From a virus (taxonomy: Duplodnaviria > Caudoviricetes): a DNA stretch of 60,202 nucleotides. The DNA lies in IMG/VR virus record IMGVR_UViG_3300004369_000751, positions 1 to 60,202 of that record; one strand, written 5' to 3'. A model generated the notes under the pieces. It saw only the letters and a program-made list of their open reading frames with translations. It did not search any database and was not told the DNA's origin. Numbering within the stretch: the stretch's first letter is position 1; the number at the start of each line of letters is the position of its first letter. The translations under genes and the position numbers were made by a program. Shown in pieces: positions 17,604 to 28,138 of this stretch.

Positions 17604-18692
17604 ATGGACATTCAAGTAAAAGAGGTTTCGTTTAAGGAAGAGAAGTCGGTTCAAGAAATTGAGAAAGAGTTGCTCGAAAAACACGAGCAACAGAATCAAG
17701 AGCCGGCCCCAACACCGGACCCCACACCGGACCCGGTGCCACCTTCTGAAGACGAGCTCTTAGAAAAAGAGAAGGACGTTCTTTCATATATTGGCAAAAG
17801 GTACAACAAGGAGATTAATTCCTTGGATGAGCTATTCGATGCTCGTGAGCAGAATGAAGAGTTACCCGAGGATGTTGCATCTTTCTTGAAGTACAAAAAA
17901 GAGACAGGTCGTGGGATTCAAGATTTCCTGAAGTTACAAGAGGATTTTGATTCCATGGACGAAAATAATTTGCTACGCGAGTACTTCTTGCAGACAGAAG
18001 AAGGAATCGATGCTGAAGACGTAGATGCTATGCTCTCTGAGTATTCCTACGACGAGGAGCTCGATGACGAAGCTGATGTTAAGAAAGCTCGTTTGGCAAA
18101 GAAAAAGGCTCTGCATAAAGCCAAGACATACTTCAACAATCTGAAGGAGCAATACAAGCAACCCCTTGAGTCAAGTAAGGTTGGTATTCCGGATGAAGAA
18201 AGGGAGATGTATCAGGCTTATAAGGAGTCTGTCGAAAAGGCAAAGACCGAAATGGAGGCTACGCAAAAGAAGCGAGACTTCTTTACCAAGAGGACTGATG
18301 AGCTCTTTTCAAGTGAATTCAAAGGTTTTGAGTTTGACTTGGATGGAAGGAAATTAGTTTTCGCTCCCGGTGAGGCTGAGGCTTTAAAGAAATCTCAAGA
18401 CAGTCCGATGAACTTTATCAACAAGTACTTGGACGAGAATGGGATGATTAAAGACGCAGTTGGATACCACAAGGCTTTGTCAATGGCAATGAACCCCGAG
18501 CGGTATGCTAAGTTCTTTTATGAGCAAGGCAAGGCCGATGCAGTGGATGGGTTAGACCGCAAGCTAAAAAATGTAAACATGGGCGAGCGGAGAGCACCGG
18601 AATCTGTAAACAAGGGGGGAATGCAAGTGCGAGTGGTCAACGAAGATTCAGGTCGTGGACTTCGCATACGAAGTGTAAACAAGAAACAATAA
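17604..18692 (+). CDS. Scaffolding protein
   Basis: Acidic helical protein between portal and capsid; FFYEQGKADAV; -7 element at 17580. Confidence 0.7.
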   Translation: MDIQVKEVSFKEEKSVQEIEKELLEKHEQQNQEPAPTPDPTPDPVPPSEDELLEKEKDVLSYIGKRYNKEINSLDELFDAREQNEELPEDVASFLKYKKETGRGIQDFLKLQEDFDSMDENNLLREYFLQTEEGIDAEDVDAMLSEYSYDEELDDEADVKKARLAKKKALHKAKTYFNNLKEQYKQPLESSKVGIPDEEREMYQAYKESVEKAKTEMEATQKKRDFFTKRTDELFSSEFKGFEFDLDGRKLVFAPGEAEALKKSQDSPMNFINKYLDENGMIKDAVGYHKALSMAMNPERYAKFFYEQGKADAVDGLDRKLKNVNMGERRAPESVNKGGMQVRVVNEDSGRGLRIRSVNKKQ

Positions 18693-18712
18693 CCTTTTAA
18701 AACCTAAAAATC

Positions 18713-20152
18713 ATGGCAGGTTCATTACAGGTGTCACCTACATTCGCTTTGCAGCCATCTGCGGAGCAGGTAGCGTTGAGCACAAACTACATCACGAACT
18801 TTAACTTTTTGAATCAGTATCTTCCTGATACTTACGAAAAGGAGTTCGAGCGTTACGGCAATCGTACCGTAGCATCTTTCTTACGTATGGTAGGTGCAGA
18901 GATGCCCTCCAATTCTGACCTTATCAAGTGGGCTGAGCAAGGCCGTCTACACACCAAGTATGTGTCAGTTGGTACCGCTCAAACAGCAGGTCAGCCGGAT
19001 GCGATTTTCCAAGTGAATGACGCTAACGTCTCCGGTATGGCTTTCCGTCCCGGTCAAACCGTTATGATTGTTCAAAACAATGGTAGCGGATTTAACAAAG
19101 GTATCGTTACTGCTATCACTGCCGGTGGTACCGGTGTCGGTCAATTTACTGCTGCTTTTTACGAAACTGGCGGCTTGGTAACTACAGGAACCGGTCTTGG
19201 TAATGCAGACGTAACAGTTTTTGTTTATGGTTCTGAATTCAAAAAAGGAACCGTTGGAATGGTTGGTTCTTTGGAAGCCGAAGACGAAATCTTCGAAAAC
19301 AGCCCAATCATCCTAAAGGATAAGTACGCTGTTAGCGGTTCAGACATGGCCCAAATTGGTTGGGTTGAGGTTACCACCGAAAACGGAGCAACCGGTTACC
19401 TATGGTACTTGAAGAGTGAGCACGAAACTCGTTTGCGTTTTGAGGATTACCTTGAAACTTCAATGATTGAGGCTGTTCCTGCTGAAGTTAGTTCCGGTGT
19501 TGTAACCCCGGGTGTTAACCCAAACTTTGGTAACAAGGGTTCTGAAGGAATCTTTTATGTTGTTGAGAACCGCGGAAACGTATGGGCCGGTGGCAATCCT
19601 TCTACTTTGTCAGATTTTGACTCCATCATCTCTCGTCTTGACCGTCAAGGTGCCATTGAAGAGAACGTACTCTTCTTGAACCGCGAGTTTGGCTTTGATA
19701 TCGACGATATGTTGGCAGCTCAAAACTCTTACGGTGTTGGTGGAACCTCTTACGGTTTGTTCGACAACGACCAACAAATGGCTTTGAATCTTGGCTTCAC
19801 CGGTTTCCGTCGTGGCTATGATTTCTACAAGTCTGATTGGAAGTATTTGAATGACCCCACCATGCGTGGCGGATTGTCAGCGAACCCCGGTTCAGGCCGC
19901 GTAAACGGCTTGTTGGTTCCTGCCGGTTCTACTACCGTATACGACCAAATCCTTGGCAAAAACGCTAAGCGTCCTTTCCTACACGTCCGGTACCGCGCTT
20001 CAGAAACTGAAGACCGTCGCTACAAGACTTGGATTACCGGTTCTGCCGGAGGTGCTACCACAAGCGACCTTGATGCCATGGAAGTAAACTTCCTATCTGA
20101 GCGTGCTGTTTGCACCTTGGGAGCCAACAACTTCGTATTGTTCGAGCAATAA
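18713..20152 (+). CDS. Major capsid protein
   Basis: 479 aa, position, strongly biased codon usage, QYLPDTYEKEFERYGNR, followed by a terminator. Confidence 0.88.
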   Translation: MAGSLQVSPTFALQPSAEQVALSTNYITNFNFLNQYLPDTYEKEFERYGNRTVASFLRMVGAEMPSNSDLIKWAEQGRLHTKYVSVGTAQTAGQPDAIFQVNDANVSGMAFRPGQTVMIVQNNGSGFNKGIVTAITAGGTGVGQFTAAFYETGGLVTTGTGLGNADVTVFVYGSEFKKGTVGMVGSLEAEDEIFENSPIILKDKYAVSGSDMAQIGWVEVTTENGATGYLWYLKSEHETRLRFEDYLETSMIEAVPAEVSSGVVTPGVNPNFGNKGSEGIFYVVENRGNVWAGGNPSTLSDFDSIISRLDRQGAIEENVLFLNREFGFDIDDMLAAQNSYGVGGTSYGLFDNDQQMALNLGFTGFRRGYDFYKSDWKYLNDPTMRGGLSANPGSGRVNGLLVPAGSTTVYDQILGKNAKRPFLHVRYRASETEDRRYKTWITGSAGGATTSDLDAMEVNFLSERAVCTLGANNFVLFEQ

Positions 20153-20172
20153 GAAGAAAGGCAAAAACTAAG

Positions 20173-20207
20173 ATGGGGGTCGCAGTTGAGCGGCCCCCTC
20201 TTTTTTA
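20173..20207 (+). terminator. Rho-independent terminator after the capsid gene
   Basis: GGGGGTCGC-loop-GCGGCCCCC followed by a T-rich tract. Confidence 0.75.
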
Positions 20208-20237
20208 TCTTTTAGTAAACCCTTTAATTTAAATACA

Positions 20238-20987
20238 ATGAAAACAAAGTTAGAACCCAAAGACCGTATCTACCGGTTAAAAAAGAATGCTGCTCCTTTG
20301 ACATACAGCATCCCTGTCCGAAACTCCAAGAGTATGCCATTGCTGTACTTTGATGAGGACCAAAACACAAACCGCGCTCTGCGTTATGCGCGAAATCAAA
20401 AAAGCCCTTTTGAGGATGAGCAAGATGGAAATGCCATCATTGAACCCATCGTTTTTGAAAACGGATTCCTTTCTGTTTCTCGTACAAATCCTGTGCTACA
20501 ACAGTTCTTGCACTACCACCCATTAAATGGTGTTTCCTTTGAGGAGATGAACCGAGAGCAAGATGCTGAAAGAGAGATGGAGAGATTATCAATTGAAGCT
20601 GATGCTTTGATTGAAGCTCGTCAGATGTCTGTTGAGCAGTTGGAGGTTGTCGGCCGGGTGTTGTTGGGCAAGGATGTAACTCGAATGACTACCGCCGAAT
20701 TGCGCCGGGACATTCTTGTGTACGCCAAGCAAGACCCATTTGGCTTTATGAATATTATCAATGACCCATCATTGCAAGCGAGCTCATCTGTTCGTATGTT
20801 CTTTGAGAAGGGATTGCTGACGATGCGGAACAACGGCAAGGAGGTATGGTATAATACTCCATCGAACAAGAAGAAGATGTTTAATATTCCATATGGAGAG
20901 GACCCATACGATATGGTCACCAACTACTTGCACTCAGGTGATGGTATTGAGGACTTGAAGATGTTGGAGAATTTCTTAGAGCAATAA
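20238..20987 (+). CDS. Conserved hypothetical (probably morphogenesis) protein
   Basis: Long ORF in the structural operon. Confidence 0.8.
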   Translation: MKTKLEPKDRIYRLKKNAAPLTYSIPVRNSKSMPLLYFDEDQNTNRALRYARNQKSPFEDEQDGNAIIEPIVFENGFLSVSRTNPVLQQFLHYHPLNGVSFEEMNREQDAEREMERLSIEADALIEARQMSVEQLEVVGRVLLGKDVTRMTTAELRRDILVYAKQDPFGFMNIINDPSLQASSSVRMFFEKGLLTMRNNGKEVWYNTPSNKKKMFNIPYGEDPYDMVTNYLHSGDGIEDLKMLENFLEQ

Positions 20988-21007
20988 GCGTCTCTTCGAA
21001 GAGACTC
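20988..21007. repeat. 20-bp palindrome copy 2
   Basis: GCGTCTCTTCGAAGAGACTC immediately after the stop codon. Confidence 0.95.
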
Positions 21008-21012
21008 AAATC

Positions 21013-21049
21013 AAGGTCGCAAATCGCGACCTTTTTTTTTGTACATTTG
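21013..21049 (+). terminator. Terminator abutting a -7 promoter element
   Basis: AAGGTCGC-loop-GCGACCTT plus T run, then TACATTTG at 21042-21049. Confidence 0.8.
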
Positions 21050-21080
21050 TGTTATTGTTTAACCCCCTTATTTTTTTATT

Positions 21081-21359
21081 ATGGAAAAGTTTTTAAGTAT
21101 CACAGTTTCCTCATTAGGAGAGCAGTATGTTTCTGTTGCAGGAGTTAAGTTAATTGACGAAACAACTTCAACTGCTACTACTACCACTATCCATTATATG
21201 GATGGAACTGTTACAACCATCACTCACGCTGCTGACACCGGCTTTAGTGTTTTGCTTGCTTTGCAAACTGCTATGGTTAGTGCTCTTTCAACAAATTGGC
21301 AGAATCCTGTATGGCCTGTAAATTTGAGTGTTGCTGTTAGTGGCATTGCAAACGCCTAA
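21081..21359 (+). CDS. Small structural protein
   Basis: Thr/Val-rich monocistronic ORF between a promoter and a terminator. Confidence 0.75.
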   Translation: MEKFLSITVSSLGEQYVSVAGVKLIDETTSTATTTTIHYMDGTVTTITHAADTGFSVLLALQTAMVSALSTNWQNPVWPVNLSVAVSGIANA

Positions 21360-21379
21360 TTAATTATTGATTGTTCTGA

Positions 21380-21423
21380 AAAGGCACTCTCGTAAGGGGG
21401 TGCTTTTTTTTTGTCTATCTTTG
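21380..21423 (+). terminator. Terminator abutting a -7 promoter element
   Basis: AAGGCACTCTC-GTAA-GGGGGTGCTT plus T run, then TATCTTTG at 21416-21423. Confidence 0.8.
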
Positions 21424-21438
21424 TAAAAAAGTATTCAG

Positions 21439-22395
21439 ATGATAAACTCGGTAAGAAACACCGTACTGACAATACTGAACAAAAATAACTACGGATACAT
21501 CTCCCCTTCTGACTTTAACCTTATGGCTAAGCAGGCTCAGATGGAGATATTCGAAGAGTATTTTGCTGACTATAACGATACCATCAATCGCGAGAACGTG
21601 CGTCCATCAAACGCACCAAGTGCTATCGTGCTCGCATCAAATGCCGGATATGCTGATAAGAAGAAAGCCATTGAGGAAGCCATTGAAATATTCTCTACTA
21701 CCAAGTTCCTATCTCATAGCTCGGGTAATTTATTTTTCCTCCCAAGCCTCACGACTACAGGAGACAATTTCTACCTTCTCAATAAGGTGTTATGTTACCC
21801 TATCCTTTTGGCTTCAGGAAATAATACGAGCGTTCTCGCGAACAACTTAGTTGATGCCGGTGCAAACTTCATTTCCCTTGGTGTTGTTGCCGGGGATATT
21901 GTGACCAACACTACAACCGGTGCCACCGCAATTGCAACCGTTGTTACCGCAACCACAATCACTCTGAGTGCCGATATCTTTTTGGCATCTCCGGAGTCAT
22001 ATTCAATATTTGATGAGTCTGTGGTAAACGAAGTTGAGAAGGTGAATCACAGTAAGATAACCATGTTGAACAACTCGCTTCTTACATCACCAACGATTCA
22101 CTTCCCGGCATACACCCAAGAGGCAGACTTGATGTCTGTGTTCCCAAGGACAATATCAACCAAGGGTCAGATTCAGTGTCAGTACATACGATATCCCAAA
22201 GACCCTAAGTGGACCTTTGTTTCCCTTACAAATGGAGAGCCATCCTTTGACCAATCTCAGCCCGACTATCAAGACTTTGAGATTCCATTAGAGGATGAGC
22301 CTAAAGTGATTTACAAGATTCTTCAATTGGCCGGAGTTACAATCAGGGAGGCAGCGGTAATTACCGCAATCAAAACTGAAGAGCAAGAACTATAA
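21439..22395 (+). CDS. Head-tail adaptor / ring protein
   Basis: LNKNNYGYISPSDFNLMAKQAQ...YIRYPKDPKW; position in the operon. Confidence 0.65.
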   Translation: MINSVRNTVLTILNKNNYGYISPSDFNLMAKQAQMEIFEEYFADYNDTINRENVRPSNAPSAIVLASNAGYADKKKAIEEAIEIFSTTKFLSHSSGNLFFLPSLTTTGDNFYLLNKVLCYPILLASGNNTSVLANNLVDAGANFISLGVVAGDIVTNTTTGATAIATVVTATTITLSADIFLASPESYSIFDESVVNEVEKVNHSKITMLNNSLLTSPTIHFPAYTQEADLMSVFPRTISTKGQIQCQYIRYPKDPKWTFVSLTNGEPSFDQSQPDYQDFEIPLEDEPKVIYKILQLAGVTIREAAVITAIKTEEQEL

Positions 22396-22404
22396 AAGTA
22401 AGAC

Positions 22405-23328
22405 ATGGCTTTTTTATCAGCATTTGAATACTACACCAACAATGGTAACGCCCCACAAGATAAGAATTGGGGTTCGTATCAGTACGTTAGCTTGAAGGAT
22501 ATTGTCAATAACTTTATGCTTATGTACTCGGGCAACAACTCTGTTATCAACAACGAGGAGCGGTACAAGGTTTTGTTCCATGCAAAGAGGGCTATCCAAG
22601 AGTTGAACTATGATGCGTTCAAAGAGATAAAAGCTCTTGAGTTGAATGTGTGCGATTCGCTTCGCTTTGTTCTTCCACACGATTATGTGAATTGGGTTAG
22701 GATTTCCTTGTATAAGGATGGGTACTTGCTCCCATTGACGGAGAACATTCAAATTAACTCAGCCAAAGCGTACTTGCAAGGCAACAACTGTGAGATTCTG
22801 TTTGACCAAAACGGAAACATATTGGAGCCACAGTACTCAACCATTGATAAGGATAGGCTTGATGGTGCACTGAAGAGCATTTACTTGAATCCCGGGAATC
22901 CATTCCATGGGCAAGAGGGTTGGTGTATAGATGGTTGTTGGTATTTTCAGTATGGCATTGGTGCCCGGTTTGGATTGAACACTGAGACTGCGAATAGGAA
23001 TCCAACCTTTACCATCGATAAGAAAGCCGGTGTGATAAACTTCAGCTCTGAGATGTCAGGCGAGTTGTGCATCCTTGAGTACATATCAGATGGCATGGAG
23101 GGGAATGACGATTCTCTTATTTCTGTAAACAAGCTGTTTGAGAAGTACGTGTACGCGTACATTTCTTTTGAGATTTTGAGCAACAAGGCCGGAGTTCAAG
23201 AGTACATTATTGCTCGGGCCCGAAAGGAGAAGTCGGCTTTGCTTCGTAACGCTAAGATTAGAATCAGCAACATTCACCCCGGAAGACTTCTTATGAATCT
23301 ACGTGGGCAAAATAAGTGGATAAAGTAA
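22405..23328 (+). CDS. Tail ring / structural protein
   Basis: LPHDYVNWVRISL...ILEYISDG; position before the nozzle gene. Confidence 0.65.
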   Translation: MAFLSAFEYYTNNGNAPQDKNWGSYQYVSLKDIVNNFMLMYSGNNSVINNEERYKVLFHAKRAIQELNYDAFKEIKALELNVCDSLRFVLPHDYVNWVRISLYKDGYLLPLTENIQINSAKAYLQGNNCEILFDQNGNILEPQYSTIDKDRLDGALKSIYLNPGNPFHGQEGWCIDGCWYFQYGIGARFGLNTETANRNPTFTIDKKAGVINFSSEMSGELCILEYISDGMEGNDDSLISVNKLFEKYVYAYISFEILSNKAGVQEYIIARARKEKSALLRNAKIRISNIHPGRLLMNLRGQNKWIK

Positions 23329-23329
23329 C

Positions 23330-26300
23330 ATGACCAACATCTCGAGAAATTTTATTGCAGGCAGAATGAATAAGACCGTCGATGAACGGCTTATTCCTGA
23401 AGGTGAGTACATCGATGCTTTAAACTGTAGATTGGGTTCGAGCGAAAAGTCAGAGGTTGGTGCTGTTGAAAACACCAAGGGTAACATAGCCCTTACCTCA
23501 TTGACATATATTGATGGAACTGCTCTTTCTTCTCAAGCCCGATGCATTGGTGCGTATGAGGATGGAGCCAACGAGACGTTGTATTGGTTTGTTCACGACC
23601 CGGCATTTACTGTTGGTGCTACCGGAAAGTTGGATATGATTGTTTCGTACAACACAACCACTACTGCTTTGACGTATCACGTTGTGAGTATTGATGATGG
23701 AGGTGGTGTTAACACTACGTTGAACTTCAATCCAATTTACTTGATTACAGGTGTAAATTTGGTTGAGGTTAATCCTCAAGGAAACTTCTTGCTGTTCTTT
23801 ACTGACAACTACAATCCACCTCGTTTTATCAACACCGGCCGCACGTATGCTCAGCCTGTGGCAAACGTGGACCAATTTGATGATGAGTCTATTCTTGTTA
23901 TCAAGCGTCCACCTAATCAGTCTCCGGGATTGATTCTTCAGGATACCGGTGGAGAGGAGAACTACATGAAGGATAGGTTCCTTTGTTTTGCGTACCGGTA
24001 TCGGTATGAGGATGGCGAGTACTCTGCGATATCTATGTTTTCGGCACCGGCTTTTGCCCCAAAGCAGTTTAACATATCTCCGGACAGCTACTTAAATGTT
24101 GGCATGGAGAACTTGTACAATTCAGTTGTTGTGACCTACAACACAGGTGGCCCATTGGTGAAGGGCATTGACCTTCTGTACAAGGACATGGAGAGCAATG
24201 TGATTCGCGTGATTGAGAAGTTGGACAAGGCTAAGCTCGGATTCCCGGACAACACTCTTCAGTTCTATTCATTTACAAACAGCAAGATATTTACTGTCCT
24301 TACGGAGTCTGAGATATTTAGGTTGTATGACAATGTGCCAAGGCTTGCTAAGGCTCAGACTATAATGGGGAACCGGTTGATGTATGGCAACTATGTCGAA
24401 GGATACGACCTTATTGATTTGAATGGGAATGAGGTTCGGTTTGATTATTACACCGACCCTGTGTCAACTGTTATTGGTCAAGTTGAGCTACCTACAGTTA
24501 GAGATTTTGGGTTATATGATTTACCACAATCGGGTACTCCTAATTCATTCCCCAACACAAAGTTTACTGTTGACCTTTCGAGTGTAGCAACAAAACTAAA
24601 AAAGGGGGGTGTTCTTAGGTTTGAGTTGCAAGTATCCCACAGTTCTGTGCCGCCATTTACTTTTGGGTGGAGTCCCGGGACCAATCCTATTCCTTTAGGA
24701 GTAAATTCATTTGGTGTTAATTTTGAGTTTGTTCTACCAAAAGATTATGCTAACGTGCCTGCATTATTTGCAAGCACTGAGTTTAAGAATGCAATAGGTG
24801 TGGCATCTCCTCCAAACTTTCAACCTCTTTCCCCTGTGTCTTTGGCTTCAAATGGCAAGACATTTACGGATTTTTATAACGCACAGCTTTTTAATCCGCT
24901 TCCTTCTCAGTCCGGAAACTTTTCTTTGCTGAGGTCTGCTATAGGTGTTTCGGGCCCCATACCAACTATTGGTGAGCCGATTCCGGTTGGCAACCCAACA
25001 ACAAATAAGTTGGACTTTAAGATACTGTTTCCTTTATACAGACAAGGTTCGAATATACTTACAGAAGAGTGGGAGATATTAAAGATTGACAGTGCAAAAG
25101 CGTACTTTACTCCGGCGTTTGGCGAGCGTTCACTGCATAGCAATCGTGGGTATGAGGTTGGCATTGTGTACATGGATGAGTTTGGACGTTCTTCTACAGC
25201 TCTTGTGAGTAACAACAACACTGTGTTTTTTGATTGTGGAAAATCTGTAAATAAGAATCAGATTAAGGTAACGATTCCAACAACACAAAGAGCACCTTCT
25301 TGGGCTACAAGGTACAAGTTTGTTCTCAAGCCTGACAAGGCAAACTATGAGACCATCTACTCTAACCTTTACTTTGTTGATGTTCCAACCAATACTCTAT
25401 GGGCATTGTTGGAGGGAGAGAATGCTCGCAAGGTTGAATCGGGTGATAGGCTTATTGTCAAGGCTGATGCATCGGGTGCTAAGACCTCTTGTGCTTATGT
25501 TACGATATTGGAGAAGGAGGCGAAAGCTGCTGACTTTGTTGCTATACCAAATCAGCTTGACCCATCTCAAGACATACCAATTCCATCGGGTGTGTATGCT
25601 AAGATAAGCACTGCGAATCCAAACCTTGATGTGTCACAAAGTCAGTTTAAAAATATTTCTTTCGGAACCAAAACGGTGATTCAAGATAACGTGAATGCTG
25701 TCCCTGTTATGGACTACACTGTAAATATTTTGGACCCAACATCGGGTAACTACATAGACAATCCCGGTGGTGAGCCATTAATAACTGCCGGTAGTCGTGT
25801 AATTTTAAGTTTTAAGTTTGAGCGTAAAGGCCCCGGTAATGGAGGTGGAGCTTGCGAAAGAAGGATATACACCTTGGACCAAACTTACATATCAACATCA
25901 GATTATCCTGATTTTAAGGCTTGGTTTGATGGGGACAACATAGATGGTTATTTGGATTTGGGGACAAAGGATGTTGGAGACCCAACAAACAACCCCCCAA
26001 TAAACAACAGGTACGATGCTACCCCATATTCGTCATCAACACCAAACGCCCAAATTATTTGCAATGGGTTTGGTGGGTGTGACTTTTTGTCATACAATTT
26101 TTATAGGTTCTTTAGAGACAGTGGCAATAACCGTCTTGCCTTAACTATGACAGGACCCCCTTCTTGCGGTTGGGATAATGATACTCAATCAAGCATTACT
26201 GTTAGCATCAGCATATTGAGAGCAGGAGGAACCTTGATTTTTGAGACAGAGCCGGTGGATGCATCTCCCGACATATTCTTTGAGAACGAGTTTTCGTATC

Positions 26301-28117
26301 CTATTGATACAACAACCGGAGACCACCTATCAGGAATCATGGTAGGAGATATGAATCAAGATATTGCCTTGGGTATCCCCGGGGTTGTGTATCCATCTTT
26401 CTTCAACTGCTTTACTTTTGGAAATGGTGCCGAGAGCTATCGGGTACGAGACTCTTTAAAGGGTCAACCATTCTTGTTGGGCAATCGCGTCACTGCGGTA
26501 TCTGCACAAGACTACAAGGAGGCACATCGATTTGCAGACATTACCTACAGCGGAATCTATAACGATGAGTCTAATGTCAATAAGCTAAACGAGTTTAACC
26601 TTGGTCTATTAAACTACAAGACGTTGGAGGATTCTTTTGGTCCCATTATGATATTGGATGGCCGGGAGACAGACGTGTTGGTTCTTCAAGAAGATAAGGT
26701 AAGCTACGTACTTGCCGGCAAGAACTTGCTGTCGGATGCTGCGGCCGGCGGTGCCATCACTTCGGTGCCCGAGGTGTTGGGCACTCAGATTGCAAGGATT
26801 GAAAAGAATGGCATCAGCTTCCATCCGGAGAGTTACGTTAAGTGGGGAGCCAATAAGTTCTTTACCGATGCCAAAAGGGGTGCTGTGATTCAGCTTTCGG
26901 GAGGCTCTTACAGCAATGAGCAGATGGGATTGATTTCATTGGCCGGTATGCGCTCATGGTTCCGGGACTTGTTCATCGATTCTATGTATACTCAAAAGCT
27001 CGGTGGTTATGACCCATACATGGATGAGTACGTGCTCAGCTCAAACGAAACGCCAATCCCAATAATTGATGATTGTATTGATTGCGGAATAACTCAGAAG
27101 TTCACGCTTCCGTTTCGTGGTGGTGGTGCAATACCATACTCGTACTGCGTAAACTTGGGGTTACCGATTGGCTCTGTTGATGTGGACTATACAATATCAA
27201 TAGTGAGTGGTGCGCCAACCGTCGACATATCTGCGACATTTGATGGAAGCACTGTATCGACAGGAGCTGTTAGCACTAATGGGACTCTGACGTTTTCAAA
27301 GTCAACGAATAACACCAACGGCACGATATCACTTCAGTATGGTGGTACCGGGATTATGATATTGGAAATTACTGTTCGTTGTCCCGAGTCAATACCATTG
27401 AACTTAGTTGAGGTATGCGTATCGGATAACGCCGATGCCGGAAAGTTTATTCACAATGAGTTCAGATACCAAAGTGGAGCGTACATCTCTCCGACTTCAT
27501 CAGACCTTGTGACTCTTGCTTCGGGATTTTCGTATCCATTGATTTCAAACTACGACCTTACTTCAGGGTTCCAAGGAACAGGGTATTTCCCGGTCAATGG
27601 CTCTACTGTTCGAATCATTTCAAACAAGATACTGTTCGACAACTACAACTTTGATAGCGTCAACAATAGGCTGATGTACTTTAGGACCAACGTGTTCTAT
27701 GCAAACAATCCTGTTGACATTCAGAACCTGCTGTTGGCCGCGACCAATGCCACTCCGCTTGTGAATGTGGGGTCGGCTTGGTATGCTGAGTTTATTATGC
27801 CGGGCGGTTCTCCCAATGATTATTTGTACCTGATATGGGACTACAGAACTCAGGTGTCTCAAGAGCTATGCTACTCATCTGTTAGTGCGGAGGATGCGTG
27901 TTGCGATTGTGAGCAGTGCGAAGAGCTATGTTCATCTTGGTCTGTTACAGCAGGGCCGACCGGTGCGTTGTTGGTCTACAACGACTGCTCAGAGGCTCAG
28001 TTCCCAACCATTGTTTATGTAGACCCCGAGGACACTATTATAATCTGTGCATCCAACGAACCTCAAATTATTGAGGGATTGGCAGAGATTAGCTTTGCTG
28101 ACTGCGGATGTGTATAA
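23330..28117 (+). CDS. Tail nozzle / stabilisation protein (N-terminal part) with a Cys-rich C-terminal extension
   Basis: GRMNKTVDERLIPEGEYIDALN, FAYRYRYEDGEYS, GNRLMYGNY, GGYDPYMDEY. Confidence 0.75.
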   Translation: MTNISRNFIAGRMNKTVDERLIPEGEYIDALNCRLGSSEKSEVGAVENTKGNIALTSLTYIDGTALSSQARCIGAYEDGANETLYWFVHDPAFTVGATGKLDMIVSYNTTTTALTYHVVSIDDGGGVNTTLNFNPIYLITGVNLVEVNPQGNFLLFFTDNYNPPRFINTGRTYAQPVANVDQFDDESILVIKRPPNQSPGLILQDTGGEENYMKDRFLCFAYRYRYEDGEYSAISMFSAPAFAPKQFNISPDSYLNVGMENLYNSVVVTYNTGGPLVKGIDLLYKDMESNVIRVIEKLDKAKLGFPDNTLQFYSFTNSKIFTVLTESEIFRLYDNVPRLAKAQTIMGNRLMYGNYVEGYDLIDLNGNEVRFDYYTDPVSTVIGQVELPTVRDFGLYDLPQSGTPNSFPNTKFTVDLSSVATKLKKGGVLRFELQVSHSSVPPFTFGWSPGTNPIPLGVNSFGVNFEFVLPKDYANVPALFASTEFKNAIGVASPPNFQPLSPVSLASNGKTFTDFYNAQLFNPLPSQSGNFSLLRSAIGVSGPIPTIGEPIPVGNPTTNKLDFKILFPLYRQGSNILTEEWEILKIDSAKAYFTPAFGERSLHSNRGYEVGIVYMDEFGRSSTALVSNNNTVFFDCGKSVNKNQIKVTIPTTQRAPSWATRYKFVLKPDKANYETIYSNLYFVDVPTNTLWALLEGENARKVESGDRLIVKADASGAKTSCAYVTILEKEAKAADFVAIPNQLDPSQDIPIPSGVYAKISTANPNLDVSQSQFKNISFGTKTVIQDNVNAVPVMDYTVNILDPTSGNYIDNPGGEPLITAGSRVILSFKFERKGPGNGGGACERRIYTLDQTYISTSDYPDFKAWFDGDNIDGYLDLGTKDVGDPTNNPPINNRYDATPYSSSTPNAQIICNGFGGCDFLSYNFYRFFRDSGNNRLALTMTGPPSCGWDNDTQSSITVSISILRAGGTLIFETEPVDASPDIFFENEFSYPIDTTTGDHLSGIMVGDMNQDIALGIPGVVYPSFFNCFTFGNGAESYRVRDSLKGQPFLLGNRVTAVSAQDYKEAHRFADITYSGIYNDESNVNKLNEFNLGLLNYKTLEDSFGPIMILDGRETDVLVLQEDKVSYVLAGKNLLSDAAAGGAITSVPEVLGTQIARIEKNGISFHPESYVKWGANKFFTDAKRGAVIQLSGGSYSNEQMGLISLAGMRSWFRDLFIDSMYTQKLGGYDPYMDEYVLSSNETPIPIIDDCIDCGITQKFTLPFRGGGAIPYSYCVNLGLPIGSVDVDYTISIVSGAPTVDISATFDGSTVSTGAVSTNGTLTFSKSTNNTNGTISLQYGGTGIMILEITVRCPESIPLNLVEVCVSDNADAGKFIHNEFRYQSGAYISPTSSDLVTLASGFSYPLISNYDLTSGFQGTGYFPVNGSTVRIISNKILFDNYNFDSVNNRLMYFRTNVFYANNPVDIQNLLLAATNATPLVNVGSAWYAEFIMPGGSPNDYLYLIWDYRTQVSQELCYSSVSAEDACCDCEQCEELCSSWSVTAGPTGALLVYNDCSEAQFPTIVYVDPEDTIIICASNEPQIIEGLAEISFADCGCV

Positions 28118-28138
28118 ATTCCTCTTGAAATGTAAGAT

